Shown: piece by piece, positions 60,983-64,000 of the stretch | Numbering within the stretch: position 1 is the stretch's first letter | Layout: each line of letters begins with the position of its first letter | From: Hemiscyllium ocellatum | Lineage: Eukaryota | Assembly: GCF_020745735.1 (NCBI RefSeq) | Contig: NW_026867509.1 | Location: 930,001-994,000, forward strand | Length of the DNA stretch: 64,000 nt | Reading direction: 5' to 3' | The notes under the pieces: generated by a model | Seen by the model: only the letters and a program-made list of their open reading frames with translations | The model's database searches: none | Told to the model about the DNA's origin: nothing | Translations under genes and position numbers: made by a program

Positions 60983-62687
60983 CTGAATGAAAAGCAAAGA
61001 TAATAACTGCTACTATTTCAACTGTAGTTTTCTGGAAAACAAACTGTATTTGTGCATATTTGGCTGCTTCACTGTCATCTCTTTCCCTGTTTGAAATTTC
61101 TCCCTTTTCATTCACAGTCATTCCTCTATTTTATACTTCATTCTCGTGAAATGTGCCTTCATGCCGAGTGCGAGGTCTTTTGAAGTCAAAATCTTCAACA
61201 AATTCATCGAGGAACTTCTGGAAATTTTTAGCCAGGGTTCTGGATTCACACGAGGTGAAGAACACTTTTATTGGTGATGTGGAGAGAGGGCCTGAAGCAT
61301 TTATGAAAAATATTTTCATCATCACTTGGTCAGCACAGACATGACGGGCCAAAGTGTCTGTTTCTATGTCGTATCGTTCTTTGACAGACTATGACTGTAG
61401 GTTCACCCTTTTGACTGAATGAACAATAATTAATGACATTGTTGGTAAATTTAAAACAGAAAGATCAATGATAGTGAAAATCAGGATCAAAAGCAGAAGT
61501 TATGGAAAAGCTGAGTAGGTATGGCAACATCAGTGAACAAAACTCCGACTGAAAGTTCTGGGTCCAATTTTAAAGAAGGATCAATACATCGAAACATTAA
61601 CTCAACTATTTTTTCACATATGTTGATAGACCTACCAAGTTTTTGCAGCAACTTCTCTTTTTGCTCATTACGTTATTGCTGGTGGTGGTACTGAGTGGTC
61701 AGGCACAGTAGTGTACCACTGTACAAAGATGTGCTGACACAAAGACTGAGCACTTCCACAAACCATTTTTGCAAATGCTTATCAGAAACTCTCATGACTG
61801 TCGTCTACTCAATACATCATCTCACGTGTGATCGTTTCAAAAGGTTTCACTTCTTCTATAACAAAAGGGTTATGCTGATTGGCAAAATGTAGGATGCCGA
61901 GTTCCAAGTGCATCCTCTTTTTTTAAGAACCACGTTTTACTGGATCGAAAGCCCAAACACAGGAACTTTATTTTTGTGACACGCTCCCAAAATTCGACAT
62001 TGTTTCTCTCACTTATCGCCAAAGGGAGAAGAGCAACTCGTTGGTCTATACGCAGCTTAAATATCTAGATGTGATTTGTTGACAAAAAAAATTAACCAAG
62101 TTGCGAGAGGATAAACAATGTTCATTTTCCCTCCATCCTAACAAAAGAAACCTCAAGTGTTTTTAATTGATTCGTTTGGTTCCAATGTGAGTTACATCAT
62201 ATCTCCTTCTTGATATTTTAAAGCATGTCAGCGTTACCCTTGACCTGTGAATCGACAACGTGCCATCCTGGAATGGTTCACGCGAAGGTACTGGGGCAGT
62301 ACTCAATAACGCACAATATGTTTGACATTGTTTGGATTATTCTAAAAGTACATTATGAGAGTCCTGTGGCACGTTATTCTCTCAACCTGAATGCTGCAGT
62401 TCCGTTTTACTGGAGGATTTTGCTGGATCAAACAAAGTTGTTGAATTTTCGAGAGCAGCTCATCGCTGGCACAGTATTTTCCAATATCATGAAATGCACA
62501 AAAAGCTGTTTTTTTTTGCTTTACATTCACACAACTATTTGTTCATTTCAATAATTGATTTATAATAATTAAATCTTTGTGTCCGAATGACTAGTATCAG
62601 ATATCACTGTGAGCTCGAGAATCGCTTCAGATACACCCCGATCTCACTGTTTGCTGAACACGCTAACATGTTCAGTGATGGTCTTCG

Positions 62688-62726
62688 AATTTTTGTACAG
62701 GGTCAGCCTAGTTCACATTCTGTGTG
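62688..62726 (-). other. 23-RSS of V1'
   Basis: CACACAG + 23 nt + ACAAAAATT, identical to V1. Confidence 0.9.
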
Positions 62727-63030
62727 GGACGCCGTGCGCAGTAATACACTGCGGAGTCTGTTAGTTCTGCATTCAACACATTCAGTTTGGTAGTGCCGTT
62801 CACAGGATCAAAATTCCAAGAAGGCCTGTGCAGGAGAAAACTCCCCGTTTTCTCACTATATTGGTCTTTCTGCAGCAGAAACTGCAACGGTCCGTTGGAA
62901 GTTTGACGGTACCAGTACAGGTCAGGATTGCAACTTATTGTAGTGTAATTACAGAACAGCAGCAGATCTTCCCCTTCATTCAGTTTGATTGCAGCCAGTG
63001 TTTGTGAGACAGAATCGCCACGACAAAGTC
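62727..63030 (-). CDS. TCR alpha/delta V exon V1' (open frame, extra Cys in CDR1)
   Basis: GLCRGDSVSQTLAAIKLNEGEDLLLFCNYTTISCNPDLYWYRQTSNGPLQFLLQKDQYSEKTGSFLLHRPSWNFDPVNGTTKLNVLNAELTDSAVYYCARRP. Confidence 0.92.
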
Positions 63031-63473
63031 CTGGAAAAGCCATGAGTTATACAAAATTAAATAAGGAACGACAATATATTTATCGTCCAGAATTGACCCG
63101 TGCACCTTGATCAAAAAACCGAGATACAAATGAGGGAAGTTCAATTAGATTCCATTTCATATGGGGTGATTATTTCCCATTTCATCTCGGGAAATCTGTA
63201 GGGGAACATGAAAACTGTTGACGTATCTAAAATTTTCTCCCTTCGGTCGAATCATCCGAATGGCATTAGTCCTGTTTGGGTTTCCAGCCTAAATCTTCCG
63301 CTGCCATTCGCTTATGGACATTCACTAATTTCTCATTGTTGTGGCAAATTTAGATCCAAATGGTTTTTATTTGGGAGAATGTATTGTTGCTTCGATGTTG
63401 CGCAAAGTGCTTGAATAAAATGGAATTCTCAGCAAAGAACTGAAACACATACATAGACGAGTGTTCAACCTAC

Positions 63474-63525
63474 CAGTTAGAACAGCTGCACTTGTGAAGA
63501 GTAAACCCAGAGCTCTTGGCAACGT
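63474..63525 (-). pseudogene. Leader exon of V1' with ACG start
   Basis: Identical to 3,669-3,720. Confidence 0.85.
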
Positions 63526-64000
63526 TTGCAGAGAGTTCACGGTGAACGTGAGCAGAACTGGCTGAAGCTAAAATGGTTCTTGTCAAGAGTTGGGTAATTC
63601 AGATTGAGTACTTTCTGGATCTCTGCTCATTGGACAATCTTTGGAAAGGCATCTTGTGAAAGCCAATGAGCATCACGGTCCTTTATTCTTCATTTCAACC
63701 AATAAGCTTCAAGCTCTTTTGAACATAAGTTTATATTATGGCTGATGTGATAAAGCAACAAAGTTCTAAATAAGGGTTAGAAAGGTTCACTCAGCTTTTC
63801 CTTCACAGTTGCTGCCAGACCTGCGAGATTCTCCAGTTGTTTGCTTTTGGATCGGATTTCCAGCAACTGCAGTTCTTTGCTAATTTGTTTCATCAATGTT
63901 AGTGATTAGAAGCAGGTAGATTTCGTTGACTGTATGATCCTTAATTGGGGTTGTTAAATCGACGGAGCTCTGGGCAATTGGTTTGAACAGCAGATGTTGA

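Larger units (their letters stand above)
59804..64000 (+). repeat. Copy B of the near-identical segmental duplication
   Basis: See copy A (1-4,195). Confidence 0.97.

Overview
Vertebrate genomic DNA, almost certainly from a cartilaginous fish (shark). This rests on the elasmobranch-type CR1 LINEs, V-SINE/HE1-like SINEs, shark-type GPR139-like GPCR genes and T-cell receptor V segments. The window is a mosaic. (i) TCR alpha/delta-type V cassettes with 23-bp-spacer RSSs lie on the minus strand at 1-13.5 kb and 57.4-64 kb. (ii) A 7.67-kb near-perfect palindrome made of two head-to-head CR1 arms spans 13,563-21,233. (iii) A repeat-rich block (21-57 kb) holds four two-exon GPR139-like GPCR (pseudo)genes, a C2H2 zinc-finger pseudogene, a Gmr1-like Gypsy LTR element, Penelope-like elements with hammerhead-ribozyme motifs, and one inverted TCR V remnant. 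Positions 1-4,195 recur almost identically at 59,804-64,000, so the window may be one ~59.8-kb tandem unit or a false duplication. No D, J or C segments were found. As written, every V segment has at least one defect, but several defects are 1-bp homopolymer deletions that may be sequencing errors. All alignments were done by eye; repeat boundaries are approximate unless stated.
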